Positions 1 to 13,961 of a DNA stretch of 64,000 bases are shown piece after piece. This DNA is from Trichoplax sp. H2 (lineage: Eukaryota): the NCBI GenBank assembly GCA_003344405.1, contig NOWV01000010.1, positions 62,001-126,000 of the forward strand, given 5' to 3'. A program made the translations under genes and the position numbers. The stretch's first letter is position 1. Each line of letters starts with the position of its first letter. Below the pieces are notes generated by a model. The model was not told the DNA's origin. It was given only the letters and a program-made list of their open reading frames with translations, and did not search any database.

Positions 1-3000
1 TATATAGAGAGTGAGAAGTGAAATAAGTGAGTGACTGTAAATTATTGTAGAATATAGTATAGCTGTTAGCAAACAAGTATGTGAAACACCAGGAGCGGAA
101 AGGTTATAGTATTCAAATCTTATTAATTTTACGTAAACGTACTATTACTGTACTCATAAGTATAGCGCTTTCATGGAGCTGTCAATACAATGCCCGTAGC
201 TTGATTAAGGTAAACTGGTTGGCTTTACTGGAGTCAGTACCGTCAGCGAAGTGATGGGTATTTGAGCTAGTATCGTACATCTAATTGCTACAAGTCAAAT
301 GGTAGCTTGATGCCTTAATTGAAACTGATGTTGTAAGTCAAGTACTCGTACGTGTTAAATATATATTTACTTAATGCCTGTCATGAACTATAGCAGTGAC
401 CACAGTACGAGAGTTATAATTAGTACTGAATCGTAAGGGCAGACGAAATAAATTAAACTCTATTTACTGATTGCATCATTATCGAAAAAGATTTGTTAAT
501 AAAGGTAATACACAAATTATGGTCTTTGATTCGTATGCCTGAATACAGAGCGAGTTCAGCTCTTCTATTAAAACTTATAATCACTTTCTATTGCAGTTCA
601 GATATACGAATTATATTTAATAGCATTAGAATCAAATCAAAGCTATCTACTGATGTTAACTACAATCAAATCTATATTAGGAAGAGATTATATAATAATA
701 AAATTATCGACTAGAAAGTAATGCTAATATTAATTAATTGATATTTACAGTAGCAACTTAGTCTAGGGGTACATATAGATGATCGTGCAGTTTTCTGATG
801 AAAAATTTACAATCACTTGATAAATTTCTTAATATCAGATTTACTTTTGTAAATAGATGATTGCGAGTATACAATACTGTATACGTTACAGCTTCAAACA
901 AATATAGGCCTAGATGCATAAACAATACAGCAAACTTGCTCTCTAAATACTATGTTATCATGCTAAAGGGGTTAGCAAGTAGCCATATATCACAATATTT
1001 ATCTGAAGGCAAATTTATTAAGTATTAGTTGAACGTAAAGTAATTTATCGGTTATTGTCTATTTGACAGCCCTAAAATTGATGGAGTCTAAACGCCGAAA
1101 AATCAGGATAATTCGAAGATAAAATTTCGCTATTATGTAAAACGCGTTTCTTAATTGAATGAATTTCAGATGTTTTTTAATACCTGCATACAAATAGATC
1201 TCTGAAAGTTCGTTACCTAAGACTATATTTTATTATTTGCAAAATTTTTGTTTACTCAAATTTAATAATAAATATCGAAATCATATTGCATGTATTAGTA
1301 CTTTTATATATAATGTTCTATGAATAGTTTTGAAAAGAATCGCAATAAAGTAAGCTATTGAATAGGTCGTATGTAACATTATGTTACCTTTATAATTAGA
1401 TTTATTAATACCAATTTTATTTGAAAGTGTCTATTTCAAAAATTATGTTGGATTTGCTCCATATAATGTAACTTTAAAGTTCCTGAAAAGGTGTATACTC
1501 TACAAAATTCTTCTGAATATAAATGGTAAATTTTTAAAATGTTATTTATGAACTACCAGATAGGTACTAATAAAATATACAAACACTACGATCAGATTAA
1601 CCTTATAATCTATGTCAATTATTTATTAATAGTTCGTAACTGTTTTAGTTTATCAAGAAGCATTTATCTCATGATACTTAAGTTATTTTATTAATAAGAT
1701 GTAAAAATTATTGATAAGACCACATCAATGACTGAAATAATTAGTTAATTTTAAGACTTATCAATCAGCAACACTTTTAAATGATGCGTTATGATTTTGT
1801 GCGAACTTTTTCTAGACTTTGACATACCGTGAATTAATTCCTGAAATATGAGATTTTTGATAATTTATGGTTAAATTACCAACTCATTTCTGTTACGTTA
1901 AAGTTGTAAAGTTATCAGTGGATCTGATACGTTACATTGTACACTGCTACATGTATCGAATTTTTAGGTTAACACCCAATCATATAATGTTATCGATTTT
2001 CAGTTTGGTTTGATAGTTGAAATAGGGCACCTAGTGATCGTAGCATCTCTTCTACTAAGGTTGAGCTTTATTTCAATCAGTATGAATAGTCTACTTTTCA
2101 GCATTTTTTTGCTATTAATTTGTTGCGGAAGTTTTTCGACATGTAAATTCACTTACAACCCAAAGATTCGTTATGAAACCTGATATGAAATTCTATTGCA
2201 GAAATACTGTATATTATGCATTACATCAACTGGCTTGCAGTGGGGAAAAGAAACCAATCAAGTACTACATCATTTTGTTACTTTATGCAATCTTTAGATA
2301 ATGCAGTTAGTGATTCAGACTATGGATATTAATAAAAATATTCATTTATGGATAATTTTCTGAGATAATAGGTTGTAAAGGTTTGTAATAGGTTGCGATA
2401 TTTGAAGTGTATTACAAAAATTTTATTAGACACATTGTCCGGATTTGCAAGCGTTTTAGTGGCCCAAGGCGATGAGATTACTTCGAAGATAGCGTTATAA
2501 TAGTGTCTTAATTACTTTTAATATAGAAATTAAAAGTCCCCGGATTACTGTTAATTTGCACACTAATGCAATTTGTGGCAACATGCATTGTATGATAAAA
2601 CACTTGAAAAGGCAATAATTATCGCAATGCAAACTGATTCTTCATTTGAATTAACAATTTTAAATACTAATTTCCATATCATTAATATTCGAGCGCACTG
2701 TTTGAAGTATTTATGTTGATATACCTAATTTTTTTTCGCGATCGCAGCTAGATTCTATAGATGTAAGAACATGTTAGATGACGCGATTTTGGGAACTGCT
2801 TTATAGTAATTAGCTTAAAAGAATTTTGGATTTTTTTATTCCTGTCCAGTGCAGATACTGCCAATCATAGTAAAAAAGTAATGCACTACTTTAATTAAAA
2901 TCATATTAAGGAATATGGCTCTCATTCTCTTACGAATCCAACTATAAATTGCTGTTCTTATTACCTATTAAAATAAATTAAGGTTTTAATTTCTAATTTC

Positions 3001-5262
3001 TGATTTAGCTTTCCGAAGGTGTTTTTCAAAGTTTGCTTTTGTCGCCCGATAATTATATAATATACTTTAATCGTATTTTTAAAATAATCTATAGCACTTT
3101 GGTAAGCCAGTTCTGCAACTAGTAGAAGATTATTGCGAATGCCTTTGAATCGGCTGACCTACTACCGAACCTGAGGGAGCGACAAATTTATAGAGTGGCT
3201 ATTATCATCTGTATCTTCAAATGATTGATTGAAAAATGGGATATGTTTTGTAAGCTATCTATACACTTTTAGATTCCTGTTATTTGGGAAGAACAAACAT
3301 GCGATTTTTCGTTCTGTGAATTCTAAACTAGGATTAAGGCAATAGGAAATAGTTAATAGGGATAGATTTATTGAAGTACGGTAATCAGTTATTGTATAGA
3401 AATAGATATATGTACGACGAGTATAGTTTCCCAGCCATGGCAAGATATATTCAGTTTATAAGCTTCAAACTTAGCAAATGAAGCTAGCGCAACGGATGAT
3501 TAGTACCACAAATCGTTAATACCGGTACAATACAGATCACGCAGACAGTTATCGTTAAATAAGGAAGAGCAAATGCTAAAGATCGATTTATGTTCTGACT
3601 TTTACTTTTCATAACTACATCTACATTGCATTTTACATATCTTGCGAGATACAAAGATAGAACCTTTCAATAGGTCCAGCATGGGGATCTAAGTATTGTT
3701 TTAATTGATGTATTTAGCGTTATTTGGCGCCTTTTCTAAGGAGCAATCTCGACGATTTTAACTGCATCATGGGTAGGAGTTGAAATCTTGTATTTATTAC
3801 GTCAGCTTCTTTATAATACAAAGGTAAGTTCGCACTACAATTAATACAGGGTTTTCTCTACAAGTGCTGCTTATACATCACATATTACTGTACATTAACA
3901 CGGAAGTTGTAGCATACACGTAAAGCTGTATTCTAAGAAAGATACAACGTGTCGCTAGTTTACAGTTTCGTAGGACCATTTTTTATTCTGGTATTAATAA
4001 ATGTCGTAATGAAAGTATAGGTAAGAATCAAACGCCATAAATATAAGCACTTAAGCGATAAAGTACAAGCGTCAGCTCTTCCTAGTGCAGGGTTAGTTGC
4101 CATAGAAATTAATACTGTCATTCTTAATTAATTGTCCACTCTTATTCTGTGCGCGCAGATTACCCAAATAGTTGTTAGGGTACCTATTGTAATTAATTTT
4201 TTTCCCGTAAGATCGTTCTGGCACATTTTAATTGCTGATTGACAATTGAAAATGATTTTGTTCCGATTACTATATTGTTGCATGATACTAAAGTAATGAC
4301 ACATCCATTCATTGTAGTTCATTCACAGCAAAAGTAAAAAAATTTCATTGTTTGGAATGATGCCTTTGTTTATTATGGTTTAATGCATTCTTGAAATTAT
4401 CCGGTAGCATTTGTAAATGAATAGTTCTTCTTTTATGATGTTACGCTTTTGTATCGGGTTGAATATTAGACACGCTAATTTTCGACATCAATTCGCTTCA
4501 TAACTCGTAAGTTAATTAGTGTGTGTAGTAATGTTCATCTATCGTCTTAAGCACGATGCTCTGTAGCTTATTTTTTTAAATTAAAACCGATATTTACGTA
4601 TTTTAAACTTATTACTTTTTTGAATATACAGTACTTATTTTAAACCGTGATATATCGGTATTATTAACATTAAGAAAAAGTAATCTTAAATATCAAATGC
4701 AGCTATTATATTATTTTAGTGATGGATTCGTGGATGTCAAATTAAGTTAAGAGACCAAAATCGTATAGTTCTTGTACAAAATATTCTCAATCAGAGAATT
4801 AGTGAATCTTATCAGGCTTGATTCTTCCTCAGACAGGAGTAGGTTCTACGACGATATAAGAACATTTTGTAAGCGTAAGAATTCAAAATTTAGTAAGCCA
4901 CAAAGTATACGATGAATCTTTGTGTATGAAAAATTAATTGGGTATCATACCAAAAGAATGAGCATTGTAATCTGGTTATTGTAGTACTTATTAATTTTTT
5001 ATACATCTATATTATTTCATGAATTGATCGATCATCACATTAAACTCGACTAATTTTTAAATGTTTGACAAGATTAATTATAGCATAATCGATAATTAAT
5101 CATAATAAATAGATAAATATAAATTTTCCGATCGTCTTTATCGATTTTGAATTCATAACCACGTAGTGGTTGCTACATAATAAGTGACTAATTAATCAAT
5201 TGTTGTGGATATTTATTTGAATTCAGACTGGATTTGAACTTCATAACACTACAAATATGGAC

Positions 5263-8116
5263 TCATGTACCCTTGTAGGAACGATTAATGAAATTGTCTA
5301 TCGTTAGTTTTGTGAATAAAAATCGAAAATGAATATCAACTATAGCTGGATTACTGGAAATGTGAAAGTAGAATAATTCAACTAAAATAAGAAGACGCGA
5401 TACAATAAAATGAACGAAGGAAGTTTCAATCGAAAACATTGCTTTCATTCGAAAATACATTCTTACCTTCCTCCCTTTTTTTATGGTTGGATTTTCTCTT
5501 CATTACAAAAATAATGCCTGAAATTACGAGCATAACTAGCACGCAACTTAATCCAACGCTTATTCCAATGATAGATCCACCATCGATATTTGGCAGAGCA
5601 TTTGCAGTCGTTGATTTAGAGAAATCTGAAATTTTTAATGATATACGAGTATGAAGGCTTAAAAATTATATTTATAAAAATATTATTTAAGATCGAAGTA
5701 ATAACTCAATGCATTGAAGCGTACCGGTTGTAACCGCTAATGGATTAGTCATAGTAGGGATTGATGTTGTGGTTGAGATTCCATCGGTAAAAGGATAACT
5801 GACTACAGTCTCAGCACTAGAAGTGCTCTTTAAGGTTGTAGTCGATTCCGTTTTTGGTTCTAGCGTTGTTAGATTATTATGAATGCTTGTAGAGTTATTA
5901 CCTTGTTAAAATGTTTTAAAAATAAGTCATAGTTTCAGAGGCGATATTTTATCGATAAAAATAGCTTTAAAACATACTATTTTCAAATCTTATCGCTAAA
6001 TTGCTATAGAAATAGTTGCTAGTTTGGAGATATCTCCTAGCATTACTTGGTGTCTTATTTTCAATAGTTACGATTTCGTCTGTTCCGGGTGTTTGCGTAG
6101 TTTGCACGTAACTATCACTGGGTGTACTATCATCGCTAGAGTTGGATATAACATTATCGGTACTATCGCCAATTAAAGTCGATGAAGGTGTCGACGGCTC
6201 AGTTTTAGCTGAATTTTCACTTTGCCCAATAGAGACTGTAGCAGTTTCTTCTTCAATATCCGAAGTTGTAAAGCTATCAGTGTATAGCCACGTTGGAGAA
6301 CTAGTAGGTACTGATGATTCTACAGTATGAGTTTTCGTCGTTGAGGCAACTGTAGTAGGTATATGATTAGTTGTTGTAGTTTTGATAGGAGTTGTGATAG
6401 TTTTGATGGGAGTTGTGGTAGTTTCGATGGGAGTTGTGATGGGAGTTGTGATGGGAGTTGTGATAGTTTTGATAGGAGTTGTGATAGTTTTGATGGGAGT
6501 TGTGGTAGTTTCGATGGGAGTTGTGATGGGAGTTGTGATGGGAGTTGTGATAGTTTTGATAGGAGTTGCAGTAGTTTGGGTAGGAGTTGTGATAGTTTTG
6601 ATGGGAGTTGTGGTAGTTTTGATAGGAGTTACTGTAGTTTGGATAGGAGATGTCGAGAATGTTGTTGTACTTTTGGTGACAGTTAGCGCAATAACAGTGT
6701 CTGTTGGATTAGGACCGTAGTTTCCTATCATAAAAATGTGCAGTGATACGAAATATCAGAATTAATGTATACCCAAATATATTCCATCTTTCAACTCAAA
6801 TATTAAGGCAATATTAACTAAAATGATATTTACAATTCCGTATATGATCAGCAAGTTGTTATACCATGTACAACAACTGTAATTTTGCAGATACTTGAAA
6901 TCAATAATTTTAATTATGTACGTAATTTACAAAGGATGATGAGGACGTCAAACTAGGAAGCGTGAGATTTCATTTCATTACCGTACTCTTACCAGTTATA
7001 AACATAGTTCCTAAAGTCCCGCTATCACCAATTCGATTTCTAGCAGACAGAGAGCAGATGTATAGCGTATTCTTTCTAAGACCTTCCATCGTCAGTGATG
7101 TTTGATTTGTTTCTGTGTTAACAAGATGTTGCGAAAGACCTTGTGCCTTACATCTGATTATAAAATGTTGCCTGAAGCCGTTATCGTATCCCGGCTTCCA
7201 GGAAAAATAGACTGAGGAATTCGTAAGGTTCTCAGGCTTAAAAGAAGTAGGAGGCTCCGGTGGGCCTGAAAAAATTACATTACATTGAAGACTATCTATC
7301 GCATTGGTAAATCTACAAAGAATTTATCGTAATCTAATAGAGGTTATTGTTCTTGAAATGTAAAATTGATATCACACAGTAATTAGTTATATCACGACTG
7401 TGTTGCTACTAGTTCATAGGTGCTATTTCGCTAATCTGATTGAATTACACAAGTTAATTGTAATTGAGGGTTTAAATAGTGTGAATTTAGTACAGTTAAA
7501 ATAAATACAATAATCAATCTGCTTCGATATAGTTAATAGATGATAAGTTTTATAGGGAAAGTCGTAATTTAAAAGATTTTACATGCTGCTGTAGGAAAAA
7601 TTGTATTTTGTAACGACTCTCAATAATTACTAGAACTTTACTTTCTTTTTTGCATAAGCTCTATTTAAATTTGCTGTACTTACTCATAACAACGACTGTT
7701 GTAGTTATGACTTTTTCATGGTTTGGTTGATATGAGGCTGTCCATATATAGTTTCCGCCATCGCTGGTGACCAAATTCTTAATGGTTAATCCCAATGTTA
7801 CTTCTGTTGAAGTCTTGTTGTAGAAACTTTTCATACGATTTGATGGCTTAATTTCGCCAGTCATATATTCATTAAAAGGACCAATAATTAACATTAACCG
7901 TGGGAACGGGGACTTCTGAAGTGTCAGTGTCAGTAATTCTAAGTTTCTTCCTGAGTTATCGGTCTTTTTGGCTGTACATAATAAAATTATATCCTCATTT
8001 ATTCTTGCGTAAGTCTTGCCAGATGGCGTCGCTAAAATGGCTTCGGTTACTGGTAAGTTTAAAGCGGCGACATTAAAGAGTAGCAGCATATAGCAAAGCT
8101 TTAGCCACTTAGCCAT
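5263..8116 (-). CDS. Type I membrane protein: signal peptide, Ig domain, FN3 domain, Thr/Pro-rich mucin stalk, TM, short cytoplasmic tail (6 exons predicted)
   Basis: Exons 8116-7684 (MAKWLKLCYMLLLFNVAA signal; Ig with C..DGGNYIW), 7265-6993 (FN3: PPEPPTSF..SVYFSWKPGYDNGFRQHF..LRKNTLYICSLSARNRIGDS), 6724-6047 and 5901-5725 (S/T-rich), 5625-5467 (TM GSIIGISVGLSCVLVMLVISGIIFVM-KRK), last exon ..DNFINRSYKGT* ending 5263. All joins are phase-1 GT-AG. Confidence 0.85.
6368..6655 (-). repeat. Coding tandem repeat (21-nt TTTPIKT-type and 12-nt ITTP units) of the mucin stalk
   Basis: Repeating gggagttgtgat / gatagttttgat units; the 29-aa block TPIKTITTPITTPITTPIETTTTPIKTIT occurs twice in tandem. 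Confidence 0.95.
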
Positions 8117-10086
8117 AGGAATAAAGAGCGGCAATTGATTGCGGAGGCTAACATTGAAAAATGAAAGTTTTAATTTAAATTAATTTAATGACTGCCCTCG
8201 TGCGTTCAATATGGTTGGAAAAAGAATTAAAAGTCCTTTATTCCAAATGTCGTGAGGTACATATCAGTCAATCTGAATAAAGTATTATAACTTAAAATGA
8301 TTTGAAATAAAACGAAATTTTAGTAGGTTTTTAGTAGCTAAGTGACAAGTTGGTATACAAGGACTGTAAAATCGGTATGAAATAAATTATATTGAGCTAA
8401 AATGGCGTCTGAAACTTCTTTTAACCATCAGCATAAAGTATCGACTTCGTACGCTTAAAGGATTATTTTGCGGGGATGCAGCACAGTAACAGCTTGGTAT
8501 AATTGATACACTCGTATTATTTTTATCTTATTTACATTAGCTTCTTGATAACCAATAGAACGGATGACAGGTATTGTTTGCATAATGTATTCTTATCTGA
8601 TGACAACAATATTTGCAAAATAATTGCAACCATGACAATTGAAGTTATTTCATTTGTCATACTGAGTCCCGCTATCGCTTACAGTTTATTGGAAGCTCTT
8701 TATATGTAGATTTATAATTTCATTGTGAAATGTTTTGCGGAATAAAATTTGGCTAAGTTATCAATTAACGGGTGCAACGATTTCTTAAAAATTAATGCCT
8801 AAAATGTAATTTAAATGGGTTAAAGATGAATTTTAAATAATTATCTTTGCAAAATTCTGTTTCTTCCTTCGGTTGATTAGCTTTATATAACAAGTACTGT
8901 AAATTTAATTTTTAGGCATAAGTAGTAGTGCTTAATAATAATTATTCATGTGCAAATAAGCAATTTAATAATGTGCTTAGAGCATCGACAAAGCAACTTT
9001 TATTTTGGTATATAACAAATAGATTCACTGCTTTAATATTTTGGTGTTTAAATGTACCCGGCTTTAAAGATTTATTTTTTAAAGAGTACCGAGATAAGTC
9101 TATAAAAATCTTCTTGGATTTCATTCGAAAATTCTATCATGTCATTAAATTGCATATGTATACCTGTCTATTTTCTTCTTTCCGTTTCATTTCATAATCA
9201 CAGATAGATGCACTTGGCTAATATTATAAAATGCTTAGCTTGTATGCTAATTTACAGAATAACGTGATTATTTTTAATAATTTACTAGGCGAATAATAAC
9301 TTAAATTTACTCCGATTTGCTTCCAGAATGTTCTCATGGCTCCTTTTTTTAATTAACTTTACATCCTTACACCGCAGAAAAGCTACGGTAGTGATATCAT
9401 ACTGAAATTTTACCAAATCAGAAATTGTGATACTTTTGCTAAAATCGCTTAACAAAATAAATATTTCATAGCAAGTAATTGTCATTCTTATGATCGGAAC
9501 TATCATACTTTTAATTAATCGTTACGTATGTCTAACTGTACACGCCCAATTTTGGTTGTGCGTAAAAAGACGATTGACGGACATTTCACCATGACAAATA
9601 GTGATCTTTAATAGTACATAGCGATTATTATTCATTGTCATCTTGTCTAAAGCGATGGATGAAACTTGTAGCAAGGGAGCAGCCCTATACTACAATGAAT
9701 CATTATTATCGTGATTTATCTCATGGATAACATTTCGAAATCTAGGTCTCTAAATTACTCAATTAATTCAAGTAAGTTTTAATATATTTCGATCTAAGTC
9801 TACGATACTTACAATTGCGAAATGCTATTTGTTAGCGTACATGGAGTTCGATTCTAATTATATTTTATCGATTCTTACTACATAATTTCATATACATAGT
9901 ATTAAGATATTTCACAGTAAAAATATTTGGATCTCATATAGATAGTTCAAGCTTTATTAATAACAAGTTGTCATGCAGTGAACAGGTAAATTACGGTATG
10001 TTCTGATTATTATGGTCACCGGAATTTTATAGAAGAAAAATAGAGGTATAAAAATTGGTTGATTTTAATTGGCAATTGATAATAAT

Positions 10087-10568
10087 ACTGTAGTGAAGCT
10101 GTTAGATAAGCTCTTGTTATCAACTTGTTATGTAGAAGTGAATTAGACATAAGTTAAAAATGATACCAAAATCTAGGGTTGTTAACAATAATAATAGGTA
10201 TATATAAGTGATATTCGTGATAATTCAAGTATGTTGATTTCAGCTTCGTAGAATATTATACTAATCATATAATTTTATTCTGATGCTAAGTTCTGTACTG
10301 CGAGTGTTGAATTATATTTTTCGCAACTATCATGTCATAAACAAGTTAGATAACATATTTAAGCAGCTGCACTTTTCTGTCATCATTGTTGTTAGTCCTT
10401 CTTTTCTAAGATCTGCTGTTGCTGGAAATTTTCCTTGTTTGTCAGAGCTTGTTGTGCTGTTATGTACGTAGTGTCTCAATCGATAGAGAACAAGTAGTAA
10501 AATCTGCTATTCTAAAATTTCTTGTGTGAACTACACTTTCATTACAGTTAATAGACCAGGTTTTGTTA
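10087..10568 (-). repeat. Dispersed repeat copy A (inverted homolog of 30909-31953)
   Basis: Reverse complement aligns by eye with 30909-31292 and 31857-31953, e.g. aagctctgacaaacaaggaaaat vs aagctctgacagacaagaaaaat and gttgataacaagagcttatctaacagcttcactacagt vs gttgacaacaatagcttatttaacagtatcactacagt. Confidence 0.85.
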
Positions 10569-11787
10569 CAAATACATAAGTATATATAAGTAGATAAAAA
10601 TATACTGTATGTAATTGTAATTATGTAACAGCTTCACGTAGATGTACGTCTATAGTATACCAATTATAGAATGTTTTAAATCTTCTGAACGTAGAAAAGA
10701 GCTTGTTCTGGATTTCTTAATCATGGCAGGAGTAAGCAGGCTAACTTAGCGTTTGGCAGTCACCTCATTTTTTTATTTAACATTTTCTTAGGCCCTGTGT
10801 TAAGTTTTCTTGTTAGTGAACCGGAAATTATCAAGTTGCAGAGGCTATAAATGAATGTCGAGCAATATGAAAAAGAAATTTTTCAACAGTTACTATACTA
10901 TTGTATTGTACGTATAAGAGGATGTTCTATGAACCACCAGTGAAACGAGCTAAGCAGCTTGTAGTTTTTTGGCAAATCTTTCGAAACTGAGTGGTAAATT
11001 TGATCTAAGAGGATTGAACTCTGAATTAAACTTGTGAATAAAAAAAAATCATAAATGGATTTACAAAGGTTAAATCCGTATTTTTGCTTAAGAGACAGCA
11101 ATATAATAAAATATTCAGTTAAATCGAGTTCATATCTAATTGAGATACAATGATTCGCATTACGATAGCTTATTACGTCTGCTCTCACTGGCACTGTCAC
11201 AAAAGCTCAAGTTACTAGAGCATAAGCAGGGACTACTAAAGAGAAATTAGTAGTTCCTGGTCTAACCTTCGTTGCTCTCGGTTAAAAAAATTTATTATAA
11301 TAATTATTATTGGGATGCAAAATGCTGTGCCAATAGCAAATCAAAAAATTTGAACTCTCTACCCTTATGTTTGCATAATCGCATCAATAGTACATATGTA
11401 GTGTCTGGTCCTTCTAAAAATAATATAATGAAATAAATTAGATTTTTCTGCTACGAGAGCCAGCTTAATCAAAAGGGAACGGGTAATAAGAATTGAGTCT
11501 AAGATAGCACATCGTAACCTTAGCCCGTAGGTAGAGCTGCAGGCTACGCTCTACGTGTTTTAGTGATGATACAGTAGCAATATCAAGTTCAGCTCAATAC
11601 AGCAAAATGAAAAAAAAAGTGTTACGGTTAATAATAAAGTCTCCATGGCCTAACCATTATAATTTATATATATATTATAATTTATACTATGTTTTACTGC
11701 AATCAAGAAATTTAAATTTCAGAACATCATCATGGTGCTGAGCTGAGCGTAATTTTGTACGGTAAAATACAGTAGAGACCCCTAGAA

Positions 11788-12095
11788 TGTACTGTACTGT
11801 ACAGTACTGTACACTGTATGGTACAGCATGCATACCGAAAACATACTGTACAGCACAGTAATCACACTTGGTCCGTTGTAGAATGTGGAGTACAGTACCG
11901 TAATTATGGACATACTGTACTGTACAGTGTACAGTACAGTATGTATCGTTTATGGTGAACTGTACAGTACTGTACTGTACAGTAAAGTTACTGAATTGCT
12001 TTACTCTTTTTTTACTACAGTACAGTATGTTTTGTTACGGTACTAAAATTTCAGAAGGTTTGTACTGTACCGTAGTGTACAGTACTGTACAGTAC
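11788..12095. repeat. TACAG/CTGTA palindromic simple-repeat array upstream of SMIM7
   Basis: Dense tactgtacagta / tacagtac pentamer units. Confidence 0.9.
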
Positions 12096-12202
12096 GAGCA
12101 CTGAGTATTTACTGTTCAGCATTAACTTTTAAATTTTAGTTTAATTTCACTGATGCTTGCTTGAGAAAATTCTTGTTCTAATACAGTAGTAAATATTTCT
12201 TT

Positions 12203-13055
12203 ATGGCGTTGGTGTCAGATATCATAATTATAGGGTAATGCTTGTAAATTATTACTTACAATTAAATCTGTTAATACTCTGTAATTTCAAGTTTCAAACG
12301 TTTCGTACAGTATTTAATGTAGTCAACTTAGTATCGTTTAATGTGTTTTACTATCTGACAATATCGTGCTTGTTGATATTTTAAATACTGTGTACAGCAT
12401 ATATATTTATTAATTATGCTGCAGATGTTTGATTTTTGGTATTTAATATACTGTAGTAATTAGCTGCTCTATTACTTAAGATTATTATTCTTTCTTTTAA
12501 TTTTCCGAATGATAGGACGCTATTGATAAACGCAGGGGCTGTCCTGAACTATAGACTGTAAGACTTCTTTAATATTCATAGTTTTTTACTGAAAAAATGA
12601 TAGACACGACACGTCCTATAAATAATTATTATCCATGTACCGTTATTTATAAAAGATTTAATATTGTAATCTCTACACTACTACCACTGTATAGGTCACT
12701 TGTTGACATAGTAAGACACATAAAATCTTTACGGCGATGATACTTACGGTATCCATCAAGTCTGCTTAAACCCCTTTTATCTTAACTATCATTTGCGTAG
12801 AGATGGTGTAGCGGGTGCACATTACGAAAGTCAAGGAACTGTAGGTTTGTCGTAAAGTTTAGGAAGTGTTGCAACCAAATATCCTTTCACAGTTGTAAGG
12901 TTTGATGTTCGGTATCTGTGTATTACATTAATTAATTTTCCGTCTTTGTGCTGTTTTAAGGCGAAAAGATTAGAGAATTTCTACAGAGTTTGTGTTATTT
13001 TCGAATTTTCATCGGAATGTGGAATATTCTTGTAATACTTGGAATGATCATGTAG
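12203..13055 (+). CDS. SMIM7: Small integral membrane protein 7 (SMIM7/C19orf42 family); 3' end uncertain
   Basis: Spliced mini-exons [69 protein letters not shown].. match the SMIM7 signature GTLLxNAGAVLN and IREFLxSLxYFRIFI. Absent from the ORF track. It ends either at TAG 13053-13055 or in an unidentified last exon. Confidence 0.88.
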
Positions 13056-13961
13056 GTAGCTTTTCTCTGAGATAATTAATATTCGTGCTAATGTTTAATC
13101 ATGCAATGTTACATTATTAGATTTTTCAGTGCTTGAAGATCTTTGCAACAGGGTACGAGTATCATTGGTTATCTGATTCTGCGATTGAATTATCGGATGA
13201 AAATGTTTAGCTATGGTTAGCATGGTAAAATAGAATCGAACCCTACCAGTGGACTGGGCATGGATTATATGGCTGAATGCTTACAACATATTAGCCTGTA
13301 GTCAAGTAAATTAATGAATAAGCAGTTTAACATGTGTACGATATATACGAAAAACTTTATAGACGTTTCTTTAATGCGTAGTAGTATAGTTCAACGCAAA
13401 TAATGATCATTTGTATAGTTGATAATTGTTTATGTACAGAGCCATAATGTTAGGGTAAATCGTAATTATTTATTTTTATTATTTCTATCGCTTGGCAGTC
13501 TTATAATTGTATATCTGTTAAAATGGGCAAGATATGATCATACTTGTGCAAATTACTATCAGAATAATTAATTATAATAGAGATTTGGAAATTAGTTTAT
13601 GAGACTGTTTGAATATGTATGCATCAATAATAAACTGATTTCTTGCTGAGTATGAGGATGTGATATCAGTATTTTATTCTTTAGCTTGTATACAGTTTAT
13701 GTGATGACCATATAAATGCATGCAGGAGTATTAGACTTCGATTTTTTAACAAGTAATTTCAAATACTAATGAGTACCATAAGCGAATTTACCCTCCTCGA
13801 CCATTTATGTCTAAAATTTCTTAAAAATTCATTTAACTATTGTTTTGCCACTCTGAATTGTAGTAAGTAACAATGTTACAATCGGAAAGCTGAGTAATCC
13901 TTTCAAATTATATTTATTCACTATTTACAATATCCTATTAAAGAATCGTAGACATCATTCG

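Noticed and set aside
1-5200. Short ORFs (493-714, 3255-3443, 4128-4322) and an X-box-like GTTGCCATAGAAAT at 4096
   Set aside because: No recognisable protein motifs or consistent exon chain; the X-box is imperfect and has no gene to assign it to.
6142-6720. Plus-strand ORFs with Cys/Asp/Gly (metallothionein-like) or Val/Met/Gly repeats
   Set aside because: Antisense shadows of the Thr-Pro repeat exon on the minus strand.
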